A stretch of 64,000 nt of DNA, taken from the NCBI GenBank assembly GCA_951406725.2, contig OX597822.1:37448001-37512000 (forward strand), written 5' to 3'. Below the pieces are notes generated by a model. The model saw only the letters and a list, made by a program, of their open reading frames with translations. It was not told the DNA's origin and made no database searches. How positions within the stretch are numbered: the first letter of the stretch is position 1; every line of letters starts with the position of its first letter. The translations under genes and the position numbers were made by a program. Positions 26,742 through 39,976 of the stretch are shown here, one piece after another. This DNA is from Octopus vulgaris. Its lineage: Eukaryota.

Positions 26742-28509
26742 GTGTATGTGTATGTTTTGTAATGTTTTCATCATTAGGCATACATATCTCCTATCAATGC
26801 AATCCAAACCTACTCTTACATGAAGACAAACATTGTGGGTGGCATTCAAATTACATCATCAGTGAATATTTTCTCCAATAATAATATCCACCCATGCCAT
26901 TTATATTTACTTTCCTATAACTCACCACCATCCTCTTTCTTTTCCAACGGGGGTAACCATGTATCTTTTCTATAACACAACACCTGTTTCTTGACCCTTT
27001 AACCTCTCATCGCTTGGCATAAAGCCACCTCTTTCAGCACTACTCTTCCATGCTCAATTGAAGGATTTTGTTGTCTTGCAAGTTACTTGGTAACCTCACT
27101 GGTGCTGGTGCCAGATAAAAAAAATAGATGTTAAATGATGATGATTAATAATCTTAAAGGTAGTGTTTGACAGAAGTGCTAGAGTAATGGCTTAAATTCT
27201 TTGTAGTATTTAATGGTATTCCTCTGTGTTCTGAGTTCAAAACCCTCTGAAGTGGATATAGACAATGAAAATGAAAGTTAAATTCTTGATATATTGAAAT
27301 GGTCTGTCTTCATGCCACTGGCTACTTTGAGTTATTTCTTTTAGATTATGCAAATTCCCATAAACTAGCAATGTTTTCTGTTCTTTTTGTATAAATCTGA
27401 GTATCTTGTCTACTGGGATCAAGGTAATACAGTTGCTGTTCTGATGATGCCATTGAAACAGAAACTTGTGTCCACAGATGTCTTTGTGTCTTCAGACAAT
27501 CAGTCTGTCTTTTCCTTAATAGCATGTACATTTCAGAGAATTCTTAACTTTTGAGATTATCTCCCCTTATCATCTGGTCTTGGTTACAATTACCACAAGG
27601 CATTTGTTTACTAATCTCACAAAGGAAAGTTAATTTCAATAAATCAAGAATATATCTTATATAGTATTTGATATACCTTTTTGTGTGTTTGTGTGTGTTG
27701 GCCCTTTGTGTAATATCTTCTGTTTGGAAAGCTCCTATCTCCAAATAAAGAAAAAACACTCTTTTACATGTTGGTTGAGGGATGGGTGGTGGTAGTAGTG
27801 AATGTGAATAGGAGAGAGAATTGGTTGTAGTAGCACTAGTTGTGTGTATGGAGATGGTGTGGTGGTTGTGGTAGTGACTGTATTAAAGGTTGTGGTGGTG
27901 GTGGTAGTAGTTGTGATGTACAGAGATATGAAGGTGGTGATGGTGGAGTAGAAAAGAGGGATTCACCGGTGATGGCAACCTAGATGACTGAGCTCATATT
28001 GCTGGGATGCGGTGAAATTACAAACCTTCATCTTTTTTTAGTATCTTTCATTATTCCCTTCCATCGCCATCACCCATCACCTGCCTCCATTCTACCTAGG
28101 GTGGAGTGCAGGAGAAGTGCTATATATACATTCATTCATTATATATATATATAGCTTCTGGTTGGGTCTAATATAGATTTGTAGGGGAGGGGATGTAGAC
28201 AAGGGGTGATGATATATTGGAGTGTGTGTGTGTGTGTGTTCACTCAACTGGAGGTGAGGTGGGAGTAAGAACAGTAGCAAGTGTGTGTGTGTGTAGAAGA
28301 GATGTCAGGGTGGAGGTGAAGAATTAGGAACAGGTATATCTCCTAATGCACCCCTTTTCAGTTCCTCAGTTGTACCAGCTGGCTTTTAATTTGATCTTTC
28401 AGTAATCCTGAGTGAAAATGGTTTCAGGGGAGAACATTTATATTTGTGAAGTTTTAGACTAATTAAAGGTTGCAGAGAAGGAGGCACCTCTTACATCCTT
28501 CTCTATGCT

Positions 28510-28540
<31 letters not shown>

Positions 28541-28559
28541 CACAAGCTTTCTCTTGATC

Positions 28560-29090
28560 CATTTCTGGGTGAGAGTAGTCACCCTGCTCATTACCTCATC
28601 CCAGTTTTTTGTCCATCTGATGGTCTGGACCGAACCAGACCCCTGAGCAGTTTAACTGATCCGTCCGTCCAGTGCCCAATGACACAGTTGGATGGTATGG
28701 ACTTGCTTCTCCAGCCACTGAGCCACAAGCCCACTGATTTTTTTTTGTGGTTAATTATTGCTCATGAAACTGCCTCATAGTTCCTGAGAGCAGTGCCAAT
28801 CATTTCCATGTGTTTATGATCCGAAATCACTATGGTGACGTCGTCAGCATATGCATCTCCCACAACCTAGGTAATGTGGAATGTCTCTCAATGCCTCCAG
28901 TTTGTGTAGTAGTGGCTTGAGAGTCAGTACAAACAAGAGAAATGTGAGGAGGAAACCTTGCTGGACCAAATGCATGATGTTGAATGACTCTGAGAGGTGA
29001 CTGTTCACTCTGACCACTGAATAGATGTCGCTGTGTATTGCAGTGATCCAGCCCATGAATACAGGCCTGAAACCAGCCACCACCAGGTAT
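28560..29090 (-). mobile_element. L1/Tx1-clade reverse transcriptase remnant
   Basis: GFRPVFMGWITAIHSDIYSVVRVNSHLSESFNI..VQQGFLLTFLLFVLTLKPLL (degenerate VRQGCPLSPLLY.LALEPLL), then AYADDVTIV in the adjacent frame near 28830-28857. Confidence 0.8.
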
Positions 29091-29099
29091 ATTATAATA

Positions 29100-29710
29100 G
29101 TCCCTTCTACTACAGGCACAAAGCCTGAAAATTTTTGGAAGTGGAGGCTAGTTGATTAGATTGACCACCACCCCAGTGTTCCACTGGAACTTATTTTATC
29201 AATTCTGAAAGGCTGAGAGGCAAAGTTGACCTCAGCAGAATTTGAACTCAGAACATCAAGACGGATGAAATACCACTAAGCATTTTGCCAGCTAATGATT
29301 CTGCCAGCTTGCACCTTAAATAATAATAATAATAATAATCCTTTCTACTATAGGCACAAGGCCTGAAATTTGGGGGTAGTGGGGGCAGTCAATTAAATTG
29401 ACTCCAGTATGAAACTGGTACTTAATTTATTGACCCTGAAAGGATAAAAGGCAAAGTTGACCTCAACAGAATTTGAACTCAGAACATAAAGACAGATGAA
29501 ATACTGCTAAGCATTTCGCTCGGCATGCTAATGTTACTGCCAGCTCCCAGAATTTATAAAATAATAATAATAATGATAATAATAATAATCCTTTCTATTA
29601 TAGGCACACAGCCTGGATTTTGTGGGGAGGGAGACAGTTGATCACATCAGTACTCACTTGGTGCTTAATTTATTGACCCTGAAAGGCAAAGTTGACCTCG
29701 GTGGAATTTT
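29100..29710 (-). mobile_element. Array of three family A SINEs separated by (AAT)n
   Basis: Copies at about 29100-29317, 29338-29550 and 29588-29710. Confidence 0.85.
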
Positions 29711-30819
29711 AAAAATAATAAATAATAATAATAATAATATGCTCTTGTGCTGTGATATTTTCAATAATTAAGCAGTTACTGGCCCTCAATAGTATTTAGG
29801 CCATAAAAAGCTAACCATTCAAGTCTATCATTTTTGCATGGCACCAAGAGAAGGGTTGCTAAATTTATAGGTATGTAGGAAGGTAGATAGATAGGTGAGT
29901 AGTTTGCTAAGTAGATAGAGAGATAAACACATGAGTTGACAGACAGATAGATATAGGTAGATACTCAGCCTGGAGACCTGACTTAAATGACTGTAACAGA
30001 GTAGCTCTGCTAAAGGCTTTTGGTGTTAAACCGGTTGACGACATGTCAAGTCTCCCATCTAAGAAGAAATATGGTTGATCCAAGTTTCCATCTATCGGGC
30101 TTTGCTGTTGCAGTTTGGGTTGACCTAAAGCCATAGTAAAAGACATTTGTACAAGATTCCACATAGTGTGACTGAACCCAGAACTATTTCGTGCAAAACG
30201 TTCTTCCTTACACAGCCATGCCCTCACCTATATATCGTTACACCAATGTCAACAACGTATGGTGGAATTTGTTTCATAGCTGTACAAACTAACAATTGCC
30301 TGTTTGCATTATCTTTTTAGATATACTGATTCTGTTTTCCTTCTAGTTTAGCATGATTCACACATGCACAATGTTTTGTTCTTTCTATGAATGAGGCGTG
30401 TAGGTGGAAGCAGTGTATGGTGTGTGTGTGTGTGCCACCTAACTTCCAAGTTTGTTTCAATATACTGTGTAGATATATAAAATATATAAACATTTAACTG
30501 TTAAAACTTCTAAAAAAAAAAAAAGCTCTCAAAAACAAGAAAGTCTATTGACACTGCATAAATTTTGTCTGCCATAAAATGTCAAATTCTGGATGAAAAC
30601 TAAAGACTAGATTAAAATTTATTAAAATAAGAACTGGGCTGAATCTAGTTTAATGTATTCGCTTACCATTGCTAATTTTGGTGAGCTACTACTGTTATCA
30701 TCACACACTCACACACAACTTATATATATATATATATGTATATATATATGTGTGTGTGTGTGTGTGTATGTATATATATATGTGTGTGTGTGTATATATA
30801 TATATATATCTTTTTTTTT

Positions 30820-31198
30820 CTTTTTACTTGTTTCAGTCATTTGACTGTGGCCATGCTGGAGCACTGCCTTTAGTCGAGTAAATCTTTGTAATCCTAGTAC
30901 TTATCGGTCTCTTTTGCCGAACCACTAAGTTACGGATACATAAACACACCAGCATCGGTTGTCAAGCGATGTTGGGGGACAAACACAGACACACAAACAT
31001 ATATACACACATACATATATATACATATATACAAAAGGCTTCTTTTAGTTTCTGTCTACCAAATCCACTCACAAGGCTTTGGTCAGCCCGAAGCTATAGT
31101 AGAAGACACTTGCCCAAGGTGCCATGCAGTGGGACTGAACCCAGAACCATTTGGTTGGTAAGCAAGCTACTTACCATACAGCCGCTCCTGTGCCTATA
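30820..31198 (-). mobile_element. Family B SINE
   Basis: Full head-to-tail match to the other copies; more at 31650-31930, 38870-39225, 40925-41330, 43700-43870 and 56210-56570. Confidence 0.85.
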
Positions 31199-33280
31199 AA
31201 TATATATATTTGTCTTTTCAGTTATTTCTTTGTGCTGGTAGCCAGCTATTGTTTACAAAAAATCCTTTTTATTGGGTAATTATTAGTTTTAGAACAGGCT
31301 GCTCTTAAACTGGAAGTGTAAAACACTAACCTCCCTCCCTCTCTCCTTCTTTTATATTGATCTTCAGTCTTCATTTTGACTCCCACCACACATTTACTGA
31401 AATGCACTGAACCAACAAAGGAATGTCTATGTGGTTTCTTGACCTGCTAGAAATAACAGCCAAATGTTCTCCATATCGTATCACACTGTATTTGTTTCTT
31501 TATGTAATATATTCATTTTCTTATTGTTCTCTGTAAATAAAAACAACAAAAAAAAACGAAAAGGATTGGATGGTCACATTTGGAATATGTTTGGTAATAC
31601 TATCTGTCTGGTATATCAAGTGCAGAAAGTTGATTTTTTTTTTTTTTACCTTTTACTTGTTTCAGTCATTAGACAGTACTGTTTTTTTAAAGCTGGGTAC
31701 TTTATATCAGGTCTTTTGCTGAACCGCTAAGTTACAGGATGTAAATACAGACACAAAGATGCACACACATGGCTTCTTTCAGTTTCTGTCTACAAAGTTT
31801 CCACTCACAAGGCTTTGGTTGGCCCAAGGCTATAGTAGAAGACACTTGCCCAAGGTGCCATGAGGTGGGACTGAACCTGGAACCATGTGGTTGGGAAGCA
31901 AACTGCTTGCCACACAGCCATGCCTCCCATTTCTTTCTGAGTCATTAACAGTTGCCCTCTAAGTTATTTTCAGTCTCCAACTAAGAAGAAAATTTCAATA
32001 AATTAAAAATTCATTTTGTGCAACAGTTTTGTTGTCTACATTGGGATATGGCCCTGGGCAGATCTAGTATTGTGGTGAAAGGGATCAAAACATTTACAGA
32101 GCTGTTTCGCCACCTGATCAGTCTTCGAGTCTTAAATGTGCAGATAGAGTATACCAGCATCCTCTGCACACCAGTCTTCACTCTAAAATCTATGGCATTC
32201 AATATGTCAACTTTCAAAACACGCATACAGACACACACATTTTCACCTATGGTAGGTTTTATATTGGTCTTTATGATGAGCATATAGTTATTTGACCAAA
32301 CTGAATTCATCTTTGCAAAATTAATGAGTTTCTCACAAATACAACAACCCAGATTGCTATTCTGAAGCTAAGTTAGTGTGACATAATATAACAAAGCTGA
32401 AACTCTGAATTACAAGAATCCAGTGAGAGAAAGACAGACAGACAGTCGTAAACAGATATTGGTTCCAATGCTGGATTGGTACTTTATTTATCATGCTCCC
32501 CCCTCTCAAAAAAAAAAAATAAAAGGCAAAATTGATTTCAGTGGGATTTGAACTCAACACAGAAAACCCAGAAAGGCTACCATATGTATTCTATTTAATG
32601 CTCTAACAATTTTGCAAATTCGCTTTATATATTCACATCTGAGTAGCCCTTTTCATATTAAAAAAATACTAAGATCTTGGGTGCATAAGCATGTGTGTGC
32701 TAGTTTGTAGGAAGATCAAGTGTCAGTCTGTATGTGTGTGTGTGTGTTTCACCATGTGTTTTACAATTTACAATTGCTGCTGAACTATATCAAGAAGGGG
32801 ATGGGCTGAGCCTTTCTTTCTTGCCCCTTCTGCAGAAGTAAAAAGAAAAAAGGTGGTCCAGGCTTAGGAAAATGTGTTGGTAAACTCATGAATTTGTTTA
32901 ATTATTATTTTAGTCCCAGTGCTCAAAACGAGTTGTCTCCAACGTCATTAGCACCCTACCCCCACTATCCTCATTATCATTATTTCCCCCACCATCATCA
33001 TTACTACCAATATCATTACCAACACCACTGCTAACATCAGTATTATTACCACCACCATCGACATGACCATCATCACCGCCCCTTCCCCACCACTCAGTAT
33101 ATTATATGTATATAAATAGAGTGAGATAATGACTCATATAAACATGCATGCATGTATCTATTACCCCCTTTGTCTTTCACTTCTCTCTCTTTAGATATAT
33201 ATATATATGTATGTGTATATGTGTGCATATATGTATGTATATATATATTATATAGTGTCTGTGTGTATATATGCATACAT

Positions 33281-33319
<39 letters not shown>

Positions 33320-34295
33320 GTGTGTATGTGTATATATATATGTACATACATACACATCCACAGAGATGTGGGGTAGTGATAAACACAATCTAAGGCTTTA
33401 TTTATAATTACACACACATGCATGCATGCTCATGCATGCTCCCCCATATATATGTGTGTGTGACTATAGATATTCATGTGTGTATATACACACACTTACT
33501 CAATACTTCCATCATCGCATCACTATTCCCTTCTTCCCATGTAATTTTACAGTCAGCTGTTTGGTTTCTGCTTATAATAATCATAGTGATTGTATTGAAA
33601 CATAGATGGGAGTGTTGGTATGGTGGTGGTGTTGGTGGTTGTGGCAGGTATCATGAGGCCTCCCCTCGCCTCAGACTGTCTCTTTCTGCCTCTCTCACTT
33701 CCTCTCATTATCTCTCCCCACTCCTCTCTCTCTTCATATGTAAATGTTACTCCACAGGGCTAAATTTAGCTGTGAGAGGGGTGGTGAAAGTATCAGATGA
33801 AAGAGAAAGAGAGGGTGTGTGTGGATATGTATGAGTTATATTTTTATGTATGTGGGCAGAACATTGTGTGGATAGAGCACCGTTTGTGTGCATACGGTGT
33901 GTGTGTGTGAGTTATATATGTATGTGAGTAGACCATTACATGTGGATAGAAGACTGTCTATGTATGCATGTGTAGGGGCTAGAACATTGTGTATGTGTGT
34001 GTCAATAGATAATCTTCACAGGAGACACAAATGTTCTACTGACACAAATAGGATTTCTATTTGACACTGGTGGTGATGGCAGTGATGGTGATGAAGGGTA
34101 CAATGGAGATGAAATTTGCAGAAGAGCATGCTGTTGATGATGATGGTGATTATATAGCAAACTGTCCCTCTCTACTAGCTTTTATCACCATTCTGTCCAC
34201 CTTTCCCACCACATATATAAAATTAAAGTTCTAGCCAAATAATTTATAAAGCTTGGTCATGGAAATTCCTGGCTCTTGTATGCTGGGTATATATA

Positions 34296-34482
34296 TTTCT
34301 TTATTACCCACAAGGGGCTAAACATAGAGGGGACAAACAAGGACAGACAAAGGGATAAAGTCGATTACATCGACCCCAGTGCATTACTGGTACTTAATTT
34401 ATCGACCCTGAAAGGATGAAAGGCAAAGTCGACCTCGGCGGAATTTGAACTCAGAATGCAACGGCAGATGAAATACGGCTAC
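34296..34482 (-). mobile_element. Family A SINE variant with a different (L1/Tx1-like, AATAAA-bearing) 3' tail
   Basis: Family A core intact; the tail reads ...tttgtcccctctatgtttagccccttgtgggtAATAAAgaaa instead of ...ggccttgtgcctatagtagaaagg(att)n. Confidence 0.75.
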
Positions 34483-34807
34483 ACCATAGTTCCCATCATT
34501 GTTCTGAGTCCATATTTAAACCATGTCTAATTAATGTACTATCTCCATGATTTACAAAATCAACTGCTTCTGAGACCCTAAAGTCCAGTCAGTGAAAGTA
34601 TGGGATTGTGTCCTGTTAGTGTGAACATAGTACCTAACTTGTGAAAGAAGTGGAGATTGGACAAGAACATATTGGTTCACATTTGTAGAGAGAATAATTA
34701 GTTGTAAAGTTTTTACTGGAATTAGACCTTGCATTTTCTGGGTTCATTATTTACATTATTTACATTTGACGGATACTTGTCTTTATCTTGTTTGTTGTTA
34801 ACACAAT

Positions 34808-34840
34808 GTTTCAGCTGATATACCCTCCAGCCTTCATCAG
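34808..34840 (-). ncRNA. Minimal type I hammerhead ribozyme-like core
   Basis: Minus strand CTGATGA-A-GGCTGG-AGGGTATA-TCAGCT-GAAAC: both core motifs intact around a pairable stem II. Confidence 0.65.
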
Positions 34841-34893
34841 GTGACTTGGAGAAATTTCGAACCTGGGTTCCCATTCCTAAGGTATTTTTCAAT

Positions 34894-36592
34894 GCAGGTA
34901 TACATAGCCAAGGGCAAAGCAGAAAAGAAGTTTGCCAATGTCCAGCGACATGAGGTATTTCGGATTGCAAGACAGTGTGTGAGAGAAAATGGTGATGTCA
35001 CAAGAGAGAAAAGTGTCCACATGAATGATGGTGCACTTGCTTTTAATGATTCGGAAAAGAAAGAAGCTTGGCGAAGCCATTATGAAAGACTGCTGAATGT
35101 GGAGAATGAATGGGAGGAGGAGAGCCTGCCAAATGTTGACCCAGTAGAGGGACCAGCTATCAGAATAGACAGCTCCCTGGTAGATAAAGCAATTAAGGGT
35201 ATGAAACCAGGAAAAGCCCCTGGCCCATCAGGAATTACTGCTGAGATGCTTAAAACATCTGGTGGTGTGGGCTATGGCCTAGTCACCTGCATTGTAAACC
35301 AGGTAGTTCATGATGGAGTCATACCCAATGACTAGCGTAGCAGCACCACAGTCAACTGCTACAAGGGTAAAGGTGATGCTTTAGATAAAAATAACTACAG
35401 GGGTATCAAACTGCTGGACCCGGTGATGAAGGTCATGGAGAGGGTTATAGTCCATCTCATTAAGGAGAGAGTCTGCTTAGATGAGATGCAGTTCGGTTTT
35501 GTGCCAGGTAGAAGCACCACTGTTACTATATTCCTGGTATGGCAACTGCAGAAGAAATACTTAACTAAAGATAAACCCTTATACTTAGCTTTTGTGAACT
35601 TGGAGAAAGCCTTTGACAGGGTCACCCGATCCCTTATCTGGTGGGCGATGCAGAAACTGGAGATTGACGAATGGTTAATAAGGGCTGTACAGGTCCTATA
35701 CAGAGAGGCCGTTAGTAAGGTTAGGATTGACAATGAATATAGTGAAGAATTCCGGGTAGAAGTAGGGATCCACCAAGGATCAGCTCTCAGTACCCTTTTA
35801 TTCATCATAGTCCTCCAGGCAATAACAGAGGAATTCAAGACGGGTTACCCTTGGGAGCTCCTCTATGCTGATGACCTGGCTCTCATAGTAGAATCACTAC
35901 CAGAACTAGAGAAGAAATTTCAGGTGTTGAAGCAAGGTTTAGAATCAAAAGGCCTTAGAGTCAATGTTGCAAAGACCAAAGTTCTAGTGAGTAGGAAGGC
36001 GAACACATCACACACCCCTTCAGGTAGGTGGCCCTGCTCGATCTATAGAAAAGGTGTAGGTAGAAACTCCATAAGATGTACCCAGTGTAAGCTATGGAAA
36101 CATAAGAGGTGCAGCAACATCAAAGGAAGATTAACCGAGAAGATAGCTTTCGTGTGCGGCAGATGCACAGGGGCAATAAACACCACAGATGCTCAGAAAA
36201 CAGATTCCATCACACACCAGTTTCATATAACCAGCCCTAGCCCATTCAAAAGTACCTTGGATCATAGGGCGACCTGCTGTGCTTGAGAAGACCTATTGTG
36301 TCAAGAACATCACATCAAAATGAAAATCAAATGGAAATTGTAGTTGTGATGCCCGTGCTGGTGGCACATAAAAAGCACCATCCAAATTTTGCCAATGCCA
36401 GCGCCGCCTTGACTGGCCCCACTACACCCACTACACTCACAGAGAGGTTGGTGTTAGGAAGGGCATCAAGCTGTAGAAACACTGCCAGATCAGACTGGAG
36501 CCTGGTGCAGCCTCTTGGTTTCCCAGATCCCAGTCGAACTGTCCAACCCATGCTAGCATGGGAAACGGACGTTAAACGATGATGATGATGAT
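34894..36592 (+). mobile_element. 5'-truncated, internally deleted RTE-clade LINE
   Basis: RT-coding region, jump to the 3' UTR near 36212, (GAT)n tail at 36578-36592. Confidence 0.92.
34895..36212 (+). pseudogene. RTE-type reverse transcriptase pseudogene
   Basis: ORFs 34841-35335 and 35423-36286 are in one frame, split by a single TAG where W is expected. Motifs GKAPGPSGI, NYRGIKLL, QFGFVPGRST, EKAFDRV, GIHQGSALS, LYADD (35861-35875), then Cys-rich CSI..C.QCKLW.H.RC..C.RC. Confidence 0.93.
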
Positions 36593-38145
36593 TCAGATCA
36601 CTGCTTGGAATTGAACTCAGAATCTTCGGGTTAGTAGCCTGCGCGCTTAACCATTACACCACAGAGGACAAATATCCGTCAAGTGTAAATAATGTACATA
36701 ATTCCTCATCTCTTAAATATAGAACTGTATTTTGTGGGGTTGTTAGAATTACAGACCGAGTTTGATCTTTTTTGAGGAGAGGCTATAAAATATTTGTTCA
36801 AGCTTATGTAAAGGACATCTTCAAGAAATTGTAATGAATTCGTCCAGCATCTTGTGCACTAGGTTCCATTGTCTGTTTTGGTTTGGTTTCTAAGGAAGGG
36901 CATCCAGCCATAGAAACCAAGCCAAAAAAACCCCAAAAAACTATGGAACCTGACCTTGTCAATTCTTGTTAAGCCATCCAACCCATGCCAGCATGGAAAA
37001 CAGACATCAACTGTTGATGATGGTGATGATGAACACTGTATTATTCTGTTTTATTGGATTCTACTCTGGATGTGTCTGATTAGCTGACTTTATGGGTTAT
37101 ATTTTGACATCTGGATCAGTCGAAAAATTTGTAGAAACTTCAGGTATGGAAGACCATAATATTGTGAATTCTTGCATGGATATTTAGAAGCTATGTGGTC
37201 TTCTTTTTCAGCCATTGAGTTTAATACCAAGGAAACTATCAATAACAAACTTAATGCAAATTCCTGAATTTGATGATGTCACTGGTTCCTGTAATCTTGG
37301 TTTACTTGTTGAATCTTTAGCATCTTTCCACAAGTTTAAGAACTGAACATTTCTTGCCATTGTTACTAAAATTACTTTCTGCTCTGTCCAAACATCAGAA
37401 AGCTTATCAAAAGATGAATGATGTAATTGTATTTCTTCATTAGTTGCAGTTATTTACAGCAGAGGAGATTGTAAAGACATCATCAAATCTCGTTATATCC
37501 AGAAAATCTCCAAAGTCTTGTGAAGAATTTGTGCAGTTGACAGAACTGTTTAAAACTGATCTTTCTCCTTATATTGGTGCCAGACAAGACCTGATAGAGT
37601 TTCAGCTTTGTTGTTTGGTAACTGATAATTCTTTGGTTCCTTGTTTTCTGAATGTTGAAAATATGTTTCACATCTGTTATGCATAGTTACTAAATTGCAG
37701 TTAAGAACATTTACTTTCAAAACTGAAAAGTATTAAAAATGAATTAAGGAGTTTTTAATTTTTGTAAGAAATGGAACTTTTAAGTTAGTTTATTTTGCAA
37801 ATAAAGAAAAAAAGTTATGTTCTAATGCATATGAGCTCTATATAACATACTACAGATCCCGCAGTACTGTGATTTGGTTATGTGTGTATTACTTAAGCTC
37901 TTTACTTATGAAGCATAGGCCATCTACAACTTCCCTCCACTGTTCTCAAATCTGGCTGTCTTTTCTCCTCTCTGGTTGGATCAGTTTTTTTTTTTTTTTT
38001 CAGTTCTGCTTATTTTGCTGCACCATGTCATGTTTCCCTGTGGGAAGGCCTTCCTCTCCCAGGTCTTGTTGGTTTTGAATTGTCATCACTTCTTCTGTAA
38101 CTTTGCTTTTTCATTTTAGGTGGGGAGGGGAGGTTGGCTCTATGC

Positions 38146-38685
38146 CAGGGCTGGGAAAACTTTTTAGTGCGGTGGGCAAAAATTTCCAATGAAAAAGCTC
38201 TGCAGACGGACCACAAGTTCTAACTCTTATATCTGTGTCAATCTTGTATATAGACATAGATATATATATACATATATATATCTATATCTAATTTGATATA
38301 CATTAATAAAGATAAGTTTAACATTAAATTAATGCGTAACATCTTCATTAATGCTGCCACTGAATTTAGGATGTTTATATTACCTATGTGGTATTCTATA
38401 TTTTTCAGCTAGAGTGTAGTTGGGTCTCAAGGGTGTGGTACAAACCTAACAATATAGGTTTTTTAGTGAAAACAAAATTCCCATTCAAATGGAACAATTT
38501 CGGTTCGAGTCTAACTGTTTTAAGTTGTAGTGGAAATGCAACCTGTGTCACAAATAGACATATAAATATTGTATAAATTGTATAATTGAAAAATTTATTA
38601 TATTTTGTACATACAAGTATATTGGCCTGTGGGTGCAATAGAATGTGCTCATGGATGCCTGCAGACAGAGGTTTCCCCACCCCTG
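38146..38685. mobile_element. Non-autonomous hAT (Charlie-like) element
   Basis: CAGGGCTGGGAAAAC ... GTTTCCCCACCCCTG TIRs; perfect 8-bp TSD CTCTATGC (38138-38145, 38686-38693). Confidence 0.9.
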
Positions 38686-39976
38686 CTCTATGCAAACTCC
38701 TTTTTACCTCTAGGAAGAGATGGTCCATATTAGTCTGGCCTCTGTTCTTTGACCTGTCTGGAATGGGAGGCTTTACCAGGAGCTTGTGCTTTGCTAGTAG
38801 AAATCTTGTGTCATTGAAGCACACAGGTCACTATACCATAAGGACTGGGCCTTGTGTGTGTGCGTGTGCTCTTGTTTCAGCCATTGGGCTGTAGCCATGC
38901 TGGGTTGCTGCCTTGAGGAATTTAGTTGAACAAATTGACCCCAGTAATTTTTCTTTTTAAACCTGATACTTATTCTATCAGTGTCTTTTTGGCAAACTGC
39001 TAAGTTACAAGGACATAAAAAACCCCAACACTGGTGTCAAGTGGTGGTGGGGACAAACACAAAGACATATACAAGCACACACACACATGTGATAGGCTAC
39101 TTTCAGTTTCATCTACCAAATTCACTCTCAAGGTTTTGGTTGGCTCGGGTCTATCGTGAGACTGAACTCAGAACCATGTGGATAGGAAGCAAGGTTCTTA
39201 GCCCCCACGGCCACATCTGTGCTTATGCATACAGCCCATCCCTTCACTTTTACAAATAAAATGTTTGAATTTACAAACAAGAGAAATATTTGTTAGTACA
39301 TGCTACAGAGTTTATTTGCTACTGAAGTTTTCTTCCGTTGCTACTCTGAGTGTACAAACTGAGGGCAACAACAAAAGGATGCCTCACCATAAAATACATA
39401 TGATTTTAGTATGTTAAATGATATCACCAGAACATTTTCTGATGCCCTTTTTCTCTTAGCCCTTAATTAATGAGTTATCCAGTTTTGTGGTGGTGGGGAT
39501 CCCATATTAAGACAGTCTGTGCACTGAAGGAAGACAGAAAAGCAAGTACAGTGTGTTAGTAGTAATCAGCGTTTGTGTGCACACCTGGGCTATTGGTACT
39601 CAATGTGTGTGTGTGTGTTTGTGTACTTAATCACTAGAGTGAAAAATAACCCAGTTGCTTCAAAGAAAATGAAATCCTTTCATTGAATCCAACAGACTGA
39701 TCTTGACTGCTGTTTGTAGCTGGCATGGAAAATAAAATAGCCAAGAAAGTAATTTTTCTACTCAGGTGTGGCTGACTGGTTAAATGTTATGCAGCATAAC
39801 GGTTCACCTGTGTAATCCCAGCTTTAATAGTATCGGCAGCTGTAAGATATGTGTAATGATGATTACATTATCTTTACACTCCTAACAAACCAGTTTGCGT
39901 TCACCATTACATAAATATGTGATGAAATATTTTTGCGTTTTGGAGTAATTCAGTACTTTTATGGCAAATACTAATA

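Larger units (their letters stand above)
34744..36730. mobile_element. Family H retroposon copy 2, interrupted by an RTE LINE
   Basis: Body and hammerhead core (minus) at 34744-34893, tRNA head (minus) at 36591-36660, then inverted 3' terminus (plus) at 36664-36730. Degenerate TSD attttctgggtt / attttgtggggtt. Confidence 0.8.

Noticed and set aside
34569-34644. miR-125-like pieces (ctgagacccta at about 34570; cctaacttgtga at about 34633)
   Set aside because: The halves are about 50 nt apart, the 5' seed is mismatched and no precursor hairpin is evident; likely chance.
34841-34894. N-terminus of ORF 34841-35335 as part of the RT protein
   Set aside because: These codons come from the antisense family H element; the LINE starts at about 34894, so the fusion is incidental.
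35395-35838. 147-aa minus-strand ORF
   Set aside because: Antisense shadow of the RTE reverse transcriptase frame.
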